Sequence record: OR699282.2
Length of the DNA stretch: 64,000 bases
Direction: 5' to 3' (one strand)
The first letter of the stretch is position 1. Every line of letters starts with the position of its first letter. The notes beneath the pieces are model-generated. The model was not told where the DNA came from, searched no databases, and saw only the letters and a program-made list of their open reading frames with translations. Of this stretch, positions 39,937 to 49,802 are shown piece after piece. The translations under genes and the position numbers were made by a program.

Positions 39937-42447
39937 AGAATACTACAAAGATAAAATCCCAATGCATCTACAACACCATATACCAAACGTTGCATTGGGT
40001 ATCAAAGATCACGCAAAGATAATGTTCCAACAATGTACTAAGTACACGCTCATATACGATGATAATCCATATATGCTGTACTACGTAGTAATGCTAACAT
40101 TCAGGTACTAATATGAATACTTATAAAGAATTCTACCTCTCGTACCTTAATTCCGATATAGTAACATCCAATACATTCAGTACTAAAATTATCTATAATG
40201 AAGTAATGAAAGAATGTATTAAAGGTGCTATTAACCCTAAAGATACGTATGACTTGTACTATGCAGTACTAACCCTTGTTTTCACGAAATAACACATAAT
40301 ATGAATAACCACAAAGAATACTACATAGAGAAACTCCCAATGTATCTACAACACCTTGTACCAACAGAACCATTGCGTATAGAAAAAGACTACGAAAAAG
40401 ACTATTTCATTAAGTGCACTAAATCCTCGATAGATATTGAGGACTATAATAGAGTACTGTATCACATCCTTTTACTAATATATAAGTACTAATATGAATA
40501 ACCACAAAGAATACTACATAGAGAAACTCCCAATGTATCTCCAGAGCCAGATACCAAACGTTGCATTGGGCATAAAAGATGACGCAAAAACAATGTTCCA
40601 AGAATGTACTAAGTACACCCTAATGTTCGAGGATAGAACATATAAACTGTACTACATCCTCGCCCTAATATTCAAGTACTAAAGAGAATAATATGAATAA
40701 CCACAAAGAATACTACATACAATTTCTCCCCAGTATATTTGAACACTACGCCAGATATAAAGTCCCCCTGGATAACGATTTGGCAGTACTGGGATTCAAT
40801 AATTGCATAGAACGAAGTATAGAAAATAGTAGTAGTTATGACCAGCTATATAACACTATCCTACTTATATTCAGGTACTAATGTGTATAAAGAATACTAC
40901 ATAAAAGATTTACCACCGCACCTTCAAGGTAATCTGTTAGAAGATGAACCTCGCGGTATAGAAATAAACTACGAAAAAGACTACTTTATTACGTGCACTA
41001 AATGCGTGATAAATTATTACAACTACAATCAAGTACTGTATCATACCCTGTACTTAGCATTCGTATTCTAAGAGAACAATATGCATAAAGAATACTACAC
41101 AAAATATTTCCCAATGTACCTCAGAACTAATCTATTAGATAAACCTCGCGGTATCAATGCTCAAAACGATAAAGTGTACTTTACTATGTGCACTAAAGCA
41201 TGTATACTAGATTTTGATAGCTATCATCGAGTACTGTATCATACCCTGTACCTAGCTTTCGTATTCTAAAAGAACAATATGCATAAAGAATTCTACTTAA
41301 GCCATCTCGATCTAAACTCCCAAATGCTTATACCACTAATCCCAATAGATATCAAGGATAAGAAAAATACCGAACAATTCATTTACCATACACAGTGTGC
41401 GATCACCCCAAATTACATTCCATATGAATTGTACTACATTCTCGCCCTAATATATAGGTACTAATATGCATAGAGAATACTACACACAATTTGTTAAAGG
41501 GAACTACAAACATGCCGTACCCAGAACCCCTTTAAATTTTCATGACCCAAGTACTATATTCTTGTTCCATGACGCAATACGTACAGTACTCAATACTAAA
41601 GATGAAGATGTGCAGTACGTATTCTTACTATTACTTATATACAGACACTAACTAATATGAATAAAGAACATAAAGAATTCTACTCCAAATACATAAGCCC
41701 CTCAGAACAAATGTTTCTAAGGACTACAGCACCTTTAAGTACTAATACATTTTTCGGCAGAGTATGCTACAATAATTGTATTCAAATGACTTTAAACGCA
41801 AACGAAGATGGTAACAGTACTAACCTGTACTCAGGTATCATAGGTATACTATTCCTGTATGAATAATTACAAAGACTTCTATTTGAATACACTACCTACT
41901 GTACTTTCTCTAAGTGCTCAATGTAAAATCCCCCTGGATAATGCTTACGCCAGATATAGCTATTCCATAACTGTTAATCGATGTATAGAGAATCATTGCA
42001 GTACTAACCAGTACTATAACATAATCCTACTTATATTCAGGTACTAATATGAATAAAGAACATAAAGAATTCTATATACGAAAACTAACATTCGTCCCCG
42101 TAAGAATATATAAAGAATGCGACCCAAGATTATACCTATGGCACTTCAATGAGTGCATAAAAGATTCTATATACCCTAAGAACTATAAAGAACAATTGTG
42201 CTCAGTACTAACACTAGTACTATCATATTAATTAATAGAGAATACTATGCATAAAGAGTATAAAAACTTCTATATAAGTAAACTAAAAGAAAATGAACAA
42301 GTATGGATTAGATCTATAATTCCACTGGCATTTAATAGATATGCATTTAACAGATGTACCGAGATTGCTATAGACCCTTATAATATTAAAGAGAATGTAC
42401 AGTATAATCAGTACTACTATATCTTAATGCTTATATATAGAAAGTAA
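39929..42447 (+). other. micro-ORF paralog array, part 2 (13 CDS of 59-69 aa)
   Basis: 39929-40111, 40113-40292, 40301-40492, 40494-40682, 40693-40881, 40883-41071, 41081-41269, 41279-41464, 41466-41651, 41657-41866, 41859-42047, 42049-42231, 42247-42447; M(NN)HKE(Y/F)Y..C...Y.IL.LI(Y/F)(R/K)Y. Confidence 0.85.
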
Positions 42448-43086
42448 TTAAACACATAGAGACAGGGGAAGCTCCTAGTGAACAACCTTTATGTACAGGC
42501 GAATTGTTAAAATTCAGCCTGGACAAATGCGATCACTAGGATTCTCCCCAGGCTAAACCCCGTAATCATAGGTAGTCATAAGTAATCATATATAAACATT
42601 TATATGAGCACCGTAGAATCACAGAATGATTATATATGATTCAGTACTGATTAGTATAGACAAGATTGCTCAAGAATGCACGGAAATGTGTGTGAATGAT
42701 TCAGTACTGATATCCCACTAAAGTAGGCAGAGGAAGTCTGCCGTACTTTGTAGTTTCCAAGCTCCTTTTCCATTTTTCAAATTACATCAAATGTAATCAA
42801 AAGTAATCACGCAATGATTAGTACTGAATTATTACTTTCACCTTAATTTCAATTACCCCTTTACCCTTCGGGGTAAAATTCCATTACCCCTTGAGGCTCC
42901 AGCAAAAAGTTGGTTAGTACTCCATCCTAAATCTCGATCCTAAAAATTTTGGAGTACCTATGAAATAAAAGTTGGATCTTCGAAAGTTGAAATTTACGTT
43001 GGGACGTTTATGATTTGTGGGATATAATGATGTTTGTAGTCGGGTAGTTCTCAAGAATATCAGTACTGAATGGTGAAAGAAAGTTA

Positions 43087-43114
43087 TTGACATTATGATT
43101 CAGTACTGTATAAT
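43087..43114 (+). promoter_or_regulatory. consensus sigma70 promoter with no downstream gene
   Basis: TTGACA-16-TATAAT. Confidence 0.85.
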
Positions 43115-43121
43115 GTTCTAC

Positions 43122-43410
43122 ATAGAGAGATGAGTTGCTGCGAACAATTCATTTACTCTACCTCCTGTCGTGAGACAGTACAGAAAAGATAGTTCCTCCT
43201 GTGGTGGTACATCTTTTTGAACCTCATATGAAAATCGTAATAACAGTACTGATATTAACAGAATGGTGTCAGTACTGATTTTAATCTAAATCATTATGCC
43301 ACCAGCACAAGCTGGTGGATTCCCTCTAACAGTATTCAGTACTACATGATAGTCTTCATCCTCCTAGGGTAACATAGTGAGGGCTATGATGGCAGTACTG
43401 AATACTCCCT
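43122..43410 (+). ncRNA. candidate ~300-nt structured RNA
   Basis: five or more helices with G-U pairs, c(GUGA)g GNRA loop, 13-bp closing stem 43331-43343/43394-43406. Confidence 0.5.
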
Positions 43411-43500
43411 TTCAAAAGATAGATCTATGGTATAGTACTGACGGATTTTGGGTGTAGTTACCCTGGATGGATTTTGGGCGTAGATATGTCTAGCCCTCCA

Positions 43501-43628
43501 GAAGTCTGGAAGTAAAGATGGCTATCCATCTAGACGGCTAAACGGCTAGATTTCTGGATGGCTGGATGGCTAGACGTTTGGACGGCTAAACGGCTAGATG
43601 GTTACACGTCTGGAAGTATAGACGGCTA
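43501..43628. repeat. 16 in-phase degenerate 8-bp units, consensus GAYGGCTR
   Basis: gacggcta aacggcta gatttctg gatggctg gatggcta gacgtttg gacggcta aacggcta gatggtta.. Confidence 0.9.
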
Positions 43629-43789
43629 AATCAAAATTTTATTTTGTTTTTTCCAATAGTTCCCCTACCGCGTGGGGATAGTTTCCCCGCAGTATCTGGT
43701 GTTAGATTTTTCTGAATCTGGAATCATTATCTTATAAACTGGGGGCAATGTCAACGACCTGGACGGATATTTTTAAAAATTTTTTCAGT

Positions 43790-43879
43790 ACTGAATTTTG
43801 GGCGTAACTATGCACCCGGTGGGCTGGAGTCTTTCTCGACTTGATGGAACTATTATACAGTACTGGAAAAATAAAGCAA
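43790..43879 (-). ncRNA. double-hairpin element copy A
   Basis: TTGCTT-16-TATAAT; AGUC-GAGAAA-GACU; GCCCACCGGGUGCA. Confidence 0.55.
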
Positions 43880-43913
43880 TACCCTGGAAGCAAAAAAGTT
43901 TTAATTAATTTGC

Positions 43914-44095
43914 TTGCTATCCTGGGCCGGACTATGGTACTATAATTCAGTACTGAGAAAGTGCGTTTGCCTGCTAGGGTGCGGGAGTGTATCCTTTTTT
44001 TATATCTTGAATTTTGGGCGTAATTCCGCACCCTCTGGGGTTTCCGCTTTCTCGTGTCTATGTAGTAATTATACGCTTTTTCAGGATCAAGTCAA
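43914..44095. ncRNA. double-hairpin element copies B (+) and C (-), convergent
   Basis: cores 43969-43983 GCCTGCTAGGGTGCG and 44027-44041 (minus ACCCCAGAGGGTGCG), each behind its own promoter. Confidence 0.5.
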
Positions 44096-44247
44096 TACCT
44101 AAAAACAAAATAATTGAAAATAATTTAACGCGTTTAAACGGCCTGTAAAGCCCTGGAATGATTGGAATGGTGCAAATGTATAGCTTATGTGTATTAATGC
44201 GTTAGAATGCGTCTGAGGCCGTTTTTTGGGGTGTAGTAGTGATTTGG

Positions 44248-44340
44248 TTGATTCAGTACTGAATAATAGTACTCCTATATAGAAAGATAGTTCCCCTGGA
44301 TTGATTCAGTACTGAATAATAGTACTCCTATATAGAAAGA
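44248..44340. repeat. perfect 40-bp direct repeat (period 53) containing 14-bp palindrome ATTCAGTACTGAAT
   Basis: 44248-44287 equals 44301-44340. Confidence 0.95.
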
Positions 44341-44454
44341 AAACTATTTTAAAAGTATTTGTAGAAAGTACTTGCACCGTACTGATAAAAGCGTATAATG
44401 TTTTACATCGAGAGCGGGAACACTTCCCGCTACACTTTAAAAGAGATGAAAACG

Positions 44455-44817
44455 ATGGCGACTCAAATCAATAAAATCATGCTTAACCTGGTAAACTTCC
44501 GCGATGAGATGAAAGGTCTTCCGGCTGAAACTGTAAAAATTCACATTGCAGCTTATCGGGAACTTATTGCAATGTTGCCGCTTAAGCGTGAACAATACGC
44601 CGCTACTTTGATGCTGGATTCAATGATCCATATAATGATCTCAAATGATTTGACGATGGTTTATCAGTATATGGGCGAAAATTTCGCGGTGTGTAGTAAG
44701 CCAGTACCAGGGATGGCAACAACTGAGGAATTGCACGGCTTAAACTTAAAACAAGATGCATGGGATAATATGCCTCGTTTCCTGGTATGGGCTGACAGTG
44801 GCAAAATTTACAAATAA
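44455..44817 (+). CDS. early hypothetical protein
   Basis: own promoter; ATG 44455. Confidence 0.75.
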   Translation: MATQINKIMLNLVNFRDEMKGLPAETVKIHIAAYRELIAMLPLKREQYAATLMLDSMIHIMISNDLTMVYQYMGENFAVCSKPVPGMATTEELHGLNLKQDAWDNMPRFLVWADSGKIYK

Positions 44818-44911
44818 GTTTAATAAAGTACTTGCATACTAAGTTAAAACAAGTATAATACTTTCTATCAGGTGGGGAATAGTTCCCCACTATAATTAAG
44901 AGATTAATTTT

Positions 44912-45145
44912 ATGAGTACTATTTTAACTGTTTCTCAATCCGTTGCACTGACTGACCTATTAAACGCTTTAAGCCGTTGCACTGAGGTTGGCTTGTTTGA
45001 TGTGGTTGACGTTGCACCGGACGTTATTAATCATTTTTGTGATGCGATGGAAGAATGTAAGGAAGATGATAGCCGTATGATGGCGGTCGCCTTTGAGGAA
45101 GTACAGCCAGGTGAGATCAAAGGTTTACCAGTACTGAAAAAATAG
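44912..45145 (+). CDS. early acidic hypothetical protein
   Basis: own promoter. Confidence 0.75.
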   Translation: MSTILTVSQSVALTDLLNALSRCTEVGLFDVVDVAPDVINHFCDAMEECKEDDSRMMAVAFEEVQPGEIKGLPVLKK

Positions 45146-45227
45146 TACTTGCAAACTAAGTTTAAAAGCGTATAATGTTTTACATCAGGTGGGGAATAGT
45201 TCCCCACTATATAAGAGGATTAAAAAA

Positions 45228-45467
45228 ATGGCAAAATCAAAAATGTTCTTAGGTCACAAAAACAAAACTCATTGGAATGTAAGCCTGTGGATTAATAACG
45301 ATGAGGGATTGTATCGGTTGGCCCTGGATTTTATTAACGACAACACTAATCGCAATGATGCGGCCCGTCATATGATGTTATTTTTAGAACAGACTGGACA
45401 AGATAAAACACCGGACGGATTCAAATATAGCACTACTGCGATCCGTGCGGCGATGGTTGGAATGTAA
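45228..45467 (+). CDS. early protein, paralog of 47341
   Basis: GHKNKTHWNVSLWINN; identical 3' end. Confidence 0.8.
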   Translation: MAKSKMFLGHKNKTHWNVSLWINNDEGLYRLALDFINDNTNRNDAARHMMLFLEQTGQDKTPDGFKYSTTAIRAAMVGM

Positions 45468-45557
45468 TAGAATAGAATTTATTTAAAGTACTATCGCAAA
45501 AAATGATAGTACTTTATAATAGTGTTTTATTCATACACCAACGATAAGGGCAACAGC

Positions 45558-45824
45558 ATGAATATTAAGTATTTTGCGACGCGTGAACAAGCTCGGATCG
45601 CCGCACGCCAGGACGGGGCAACGTTTAAAGATATGGGCGTACAATCGGAACGTGGTAAACGTTGGGCCATTGTAAAGCGTAGTACCGCCAGATCATTACA
45701 GTACTGGTTAGCGGCCTTAAAAAGTCCCGATAGTGTATCGCGTCGAGTGGTAGAAATAAAGCTCGACCGAAAGGGCAACCGCGTGACCGTGTACCGTACT
45801 AAAAAGATTGCAGTACTTGAATAA
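45558..45824 (+). CDS. early basic protein, paralog of 58737
   Basis: TRE.AR..AR..G.TFKDMG..G.RWA..DRKGNRVTVY. Confidence 0.8.
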   Translation: MNIKYFATREQARIAARQDGATFKDMGVQSERGKRWAIVKRSTARSLQYWLAALKSPDSVSRRVVEIKLDRKGNRVTVYRTKKIAVLE

Positions 45825-45911
45825 AAAGTACTTGCAAACTAAGTTTAAAAGCGTATAATGTTTTACATCGAGAGCGGGAACACTTCCCGCCTATAACCTG
45901 GAGTAATAAAA

Positions 45912-46142
45912 ATGACTAATATGTATATGACTGAAGTTAAAACCGTAAAAGATACTACCACAAATAAAGTTACTTACTTACAGCGGATCTGTGGTGTATG
46001 GCAACGTATCAGCAAATCAAAGTACTTTAAATTAACATCATATGCAAACCGTTCGGATTCATTCAGTACTGAAATAAAAGGTAATAAAGTACACCAATAT
46101 GGCACTTATTATTATTATAGCCTGGACGCGATTGCAGTATAA
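45912..46142 (+). CDS. early hypothetical protein
   Basis: GGAG RBS; own promoter. Confidence 0.75.
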   Translation: MTNMYMTEVKTVKDTTTNKVTYLQRICGVWQRISKSKYFKLTSYANRSDSFSTEIKGNKVHQYGTYYYYSLDAIAV

Positions 46143-46172
46143 GCAGTTTACAAATCTTTACAATTGCCGGTA

Positions 46173-46345
46173 TTGACTTATTTTGTCAGTACTGGCATAA
46201 TGTATTCATTGGCAGATAAGCCGTAGCCCATAGGGTGCGGGAGTGTATCTATAGAAAAATTAGTTTAGTATAGTTACAATTGTGCACCCGGTGGGTTAGC
46301 TGTTGTCATGTGGTATATTATGCCAGTACTTGATAATGCTGTCAA
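46173..46345. ncRNA. double-hairpin element copies D (+) and E (-), convergent
   Basis: TTGACT-17-CATAAT and TTGACA-17-CATAAT; cores 46226-46239 and 46283-46296. Confidence 0.6.
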
Positions 46346-46426
46346 TACTTTTTTTTACTATTCAGTACTGAAAACTATTTTTAAAAAGTACTTGCAAACT
46401 ATGTTTAAAGGCGTATAATGTTTTAC

Positions 46427-46501
46427 ATCAGGACGGGGAACGAAATAAGTAACTTCCCGTTAAGTAGCCCAGGAGTAAGGCACACGAAAAACTCCCCTGA
46501 T
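46427..46501 (+). ncRNA. pseudoknot RNA copy 1
   Basis: own promoter, no ORF, next promoter at 46510; UAAGUA GCC CAGGAGUAA GGC AC ACGAAAA ACUCC. Confidence 0.65.
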
Positions 46502-46569
46502 AAAATAGTTTGACAAATGTTTTTAAAAGCGTATAATACTTACATCAACTACTGAATGAGGGTTACAAA

Positions 46570-47258
46570 ATGAAAACTATCACTACTACTACTTTCGTTA
46601 TGGATTTTTCTGAATTGAACGCAGAACAAAAAACGTCAGCTATCGAACTGGTTCGGGAACGTGAAAAAAACTCAAACGACATTTTTCTGAATTGAACGCA
46701 GAACAAAAAACGTCAGCTATCGAACTGGTTCGGGAACGTGAAAAAAACTCAAACGACAATTATTTTTCTGAAAGTGAAATTGAATACTATAAAGAAACAG
46801 TACTACCGGAATATGGCATTAATGACGCTGAAATACAATTCAGTGGTTTTTGGTCCCAGGGTGACGGTGCATCAATCAGTACTGACCACGTTGACGCAGT
46901 GAAGTTTTTACGCAAGGTAAGAGCATTAACTAAGTATCGCTCAATCCGTCACTTGCTGAATGAAGATGATTTGGCGATGAGTGTAAAGCGTTCGCACTCC
47001 CACTACTCGCATGAGAATACTGTAAGCGGGTACATTGAATCGGCTTACACTGATTTAACCGCAAAACAAGAAACGTTAGTTAATGAGCTTGAGGAACTAC
47101 TCACTGAAACTATTCGTGAATTGTCCCGCAAGTTGTACCGTGATTTAGAGAATGCATATGAGGATCAATTCACTACTGAAAACATTACGGCACTGATTGA
47201 GGGTAACGAGTATCAATTCAATGTTATTGATGGCGTAGTGGAATCAATCGAATATTAA
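46570..47258 (+). pseudogene. early acidic protein disrupted by a 77-bp tandem duplication
   Basis: 46604-46680 equals 46681-46757; removing one copy gives a 203-aa ORF with FSGFWSQGDGAS. Confidence 0.75.
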
Positions 47259-47340
47259 TTTAAAAAGTACTTGTTTAAAGGCGTATAATACTTTATATCG
47301 AGGCGGGGAGTGGTTCCCCGCTCAAACGAGGATTAAAAAA

Positions 47341-47580
47341 ATGGCTAGTACTAAAACTTACAACGGGCACAAAAACAAAACTCATTGGAATGTAAGCCTT
47401 TGGATTAATAACGGTGAGTCATTGTATCGGCTTGCTCAAAGTTGCATCGCACAAAGTAGAACTAAAGATATTGCAGCGGAATGTATGTACCGCAGATTAA
47501 AAGCCAACGGTACTACTACAACGCCGGACGGATTCAAATATAGCACTACTGCGATCCGTGCGGCGATGGTTGGAATGTAA
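47341..47580 (+). CDS. early protein, paralog of 45228
   Basis: GAGGA RBS. Confidence 0.8.
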   Translation: MASTKTYNGHKNKTHWNVSLWINNGESLYRLAQSCIAQSRTKDIAAECMYRRLKANGTTTTPDGFKYSTTAIRAAMVGM

Positions 47581-47637
47581 TATTCAGTACTGAGATAATG
47601 GCGGGTAATAGTTCCCGCCTTTACTGAGGGTTATCTA

Positions 47638-47925
47638 ATGAGTAAAGTAATAAAGTACAATGTGTTAAGCAAATCATTGTCTATCAGTGAATGCACCGAT
47701 GGTTTTTGGATGTACGATGAAACGCGTGGCATGAATTTAGCTATGCGTGCAAAAACTGCTGAGGCGGCGTATATTCAAGCACTGGAATACTACCAGGAAC
47801 GTTTAAAGGAAGTAGAAGAAGATTATAAAAGCCTCAAAGCGAAAGTAGATCATTTCGTCGGTCAATTCGTGGAAGACAACGACGAGGACGGGCACTACTG
47901 CGACCGTTGCGGATCTTACAGTTAA
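47638..47925 (+). CDS. early coiled-coil protein with C-terminal CxxC
   Basis: HYCDRCGSYS. Confidence 0.75.
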   Translation: MSKVIKYNVLSKSLSISECTDGFWMYDETRGMNLAMRAKTAEAAYIQALEYYQERLKEVEEDYKSLKAKVDHFVGQFVEDNDEDGHYCDRCGSYS

Positions 47926-47942
47926 GTACTGAGGATTATCTA

Positions 47943-48146
47943 ATGAGTGATTTAATCGACCGCATCAAAGAGCTTGAAGAAAAAGAATTGCAGTTGATCG
48001 GGTTACGGAATAAAGTATTCCATGATTTAGGTGGCTTTATTAATGCCTGGGATAGTGGCGATCCTGATGCGTTACCTGCTAACCGCCAGGCGATGATCAA
48101 TGATGTGCGTGGTGTCTTTGAGTATGTTTTAAAGCAATTAAATTAA
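47943..48146 (+). CDS. early hypothetical protein
   Basis: GAGGA RBS. Confidence 0.75.
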   Translation: MSDLIDRIKELEEKELQLIGLRNKVFHDLGGFINAWDSGDPDALPANRQAMINDVRGVFEYVLKQLN

Positions 48147-48232
48147 AAAAGTACTTGCAATTAGTTTTCAGTACTGTATAATGGTTTACATCAAAGGGAG
48201 AAATGGTTCTCCCTGGTAATGAGGAAAATAAA

Positions 48233-48454
48233 ATGGCAAATATCACTACTCTTTCCCAACTGGAAGCACTGGTTAAATCTATGCGGGAACATGCCGACAA
48301 AATCGGCGTACAAGATCCAGCCGTTTGCTTCTGCGACGAATTGAATGATGATACCCTGGTAATAGCAGAAGTCCAGGACGTTTCTAACTATTCCTCGCGT
48401 TACACTGGCGGCGTAGCAAATAAAGGTGACTTCTGTTTATACCTTACAAAATAA
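48233..48454 (+). CDS. early hypothetical protein
   Basis: GAGGA RBS. Confidence 0.75.
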   Translation: MANITTLSQLEALVKSMREHADKIGVQDPAVCFCDELNDDTLVIAEVQDVSNYSSRYTGGVANKGDFCLYLTK

Positions 48455-48499
48455 CAACGCGGGGAGATAATAACTCCCCGTTACTTTTTCAGTACTGAA

Positions 48500-48589
48500 T
48501 CATTTAATAGACGGATCTCGGCACCCGGTGGGTTAGTGACTGTTTCGTCTTGATGTAGTAATTATGCCAGTACTGGATGCACTTGTCAA
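48500..48589 (-). ncRNA. double-hairpin element copy F
   Basis: TTGACA-17-CATAAT; GAC-GAAACA-GUC; ACCCACCGGGUGC. Confidence 0.6.
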
Positions 48590-48696
48590 CAACTATTTTT
48601 CAAATACTTTTTATTAAAATACTTGCTAATAGTTTTTAAACGCGTATAATGTTTTGCATAGGGGAGCGGTTCCCCTGGTAACTAAGGAATAAGAAA

Positions 48697-48933
48697 ATGC
48701 TTGAACAAATCAAATCAACGTCTGCTAATGTAACGGGAACGGTATCACACTTTATTGGTGATGAATCGCGGGGCGTTCCCTATTGTGCTGTACATGTAAA
48801 CACTGAGGGTAACTACTGGTTTACGGTTTACGGATCATATTCATTTGGACGGCCAGGGCATCAAAAAATTCTGGATAAAGTACAGCCAACGGGTAAAAAT
48901 ATCACGGCTGAAATGTTTTATAAAAAATCATAA
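48697..48933 (+). CDS. early hypothetical protein
   Basis: AAGGA RBS. Confidence 0.75.
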   Translation: MLEQIKSTSANVTGTVSHFIGDESRGVPYCAVHVNTEGNYWFTVYGSYSFGRPGHQKILDKVQPTGKNITAEMFYKKS

Positions 48934-49017
48934 AGTACTTGATAATAGTTTTTAGTACTGTATAATATTTTACATAGCACGGGGGAGCGGTTCCCCCTGG
49001 TAACTAAGGATAATCAA

Positions 49018-49317
49018 ATGAAAATTGCAATCATCGCCCTGGCTTTATCTGTTTCCTCTTTCGCTGTTAATGCGTCGTTAGATGTGAGTAGTGAAAAATT
49101 CATTCAGTGCACTGTTGCGATGACCAATGAAAGTACGGGCGAGATTGTTTTAAAGGATTTAGAGATCCAGCCACAAGCATTTAAAAACGGGCCGTTCCAT
49201 GAAGAAGACGAAAACGGTAGCACAACCATTTACTATGATGCCAGTACTAAACGCGGTTCGGTCACGGTTATGGATACTGAGAAAGTAACTCATACAGGCG
49301 TTATTAATTGCCGTTGA
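49018..49317 (+). CDS. early exported protein
   Basis: signal peptide ending AVNA. Confidence 0.8.
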   Translation: MKIAIIALALSVSSFAVNASLDVSSEKFIQCTVAMTNESTGEIVLKDLEIQPQAFKNGPFHEEDENGSTTIYYDASTKRGSVTVMDTEKVTHTGVINCR

Positions 49318-49338
49318 TTGATACTACGGGGTAACATC

Positions 49339-49569
49339 ATGACAGCACGAATAGTTTTACTTAACGAAAGCAGTACTACACAACTACTTAACGCCGTGCA
49401 TTATGATATTGAAACGAGCGTTAATCTTATCAGTACTGTCGTACTGTTGGACACTGGAAAGGTCGCCAATGATAAAGCGATTGCAGGTATACTAACGGAT
49501 CTTGAGCCTGGTAGCAGTGCACCAATAACGTTAAATGGTAAAGTGTTTAACATTTTACTTACTGATTAA
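49339..49569 (+). CDS. early hypothetical protein
   Basis: operon context. Confidence 0.65.
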   Translation: MTARIVLLNESSTTQLLNAVHYDIETSVNLISTVVLLDTGKVANDKAIAGILTDLEPGSSAPITLNGKVFNILLTD

Positions 49570-49575
49570 GTACAT

Positions 49576-49597
49576 AGCCCACCTGGTGGGCTTTTTT
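49576..49597 (+). terminator. intrinsic terminator
   Basis: AGCCCACC-T-GGTGGGCT plus T tract; relatives at 50307-50333, 54733-54760. Confidence 0.85.
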
Positions 49598-49686
49598 GTT
49601 TTTGTAGTATCGTAGTACTGAGATACTTTGAAAATAGTTTTAAAAAAGTAGTTGACATTACCGCAGAAAAGCGTAGAATGTATTAC

Positions 49687-49759
49687 ATCAAGACGGGGAG
49701 CACTAAGTAGACCGCCAGTAAGTCGAACGAAAAACTGGACACGTCGAGAAAACTTTGAT
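49687..49759 (+). ncRNA. pseudoknot RNA copy 3 (leader of H-NS-like gene)
   Basis: UAAGUA GAC CGCCAGUAA GUC GA ACGAAAA ACUGG. Confidence 0.6.
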
Positions 49760-49802
49760 ACACTAATAAACGTAAACTAAACTTTAATTGAGGATTTATA
49801 AA

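Noticed and set aside
37244-42447. CRISPR array or DGR as explanation of the repeats
   Set aside because: The units are protein-coding paralogs; there is no constant repeat/spacer pattern, no reverse transcriptase and no A-only template/variable pair.
43228-43278. 16-aa hydrophobic ORF MKIVITVLILTEWCQY resembling Ibs type I toxins
   Set aside because: No SD upstream, short hydrophobic core, and it lies within RNA helices; unsupported without Ribo-seq.
43657-43685. Solitary type I-E CRISPR-repeat look-alike (AGTTCCCC-N8-GGGGATA; 17/29 matches to the E. coli repeat as I recall it), i.e. a possible RNA anti-CRISPR
   Set aside because: The 3' handle (AAACCG) is not conserved, the nearest promoter reads the other strand, and GGGGA/TCCCC arms are this phage's generic leader hairpin.
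43732-44102. ORFs 43732-44031 (-) and 43914-44102 (+)
   Set aside because: They run through promoters and repeat elements, with TTG starts and no RBS.
46427-46505. Hammerhead/twister/pistol/HDV ribozyme identity for the pseudoknot RNA
   Set aside because: CUGAUAA lacks the CUGANGA core, and helix order does not match the other classes as I recall them.
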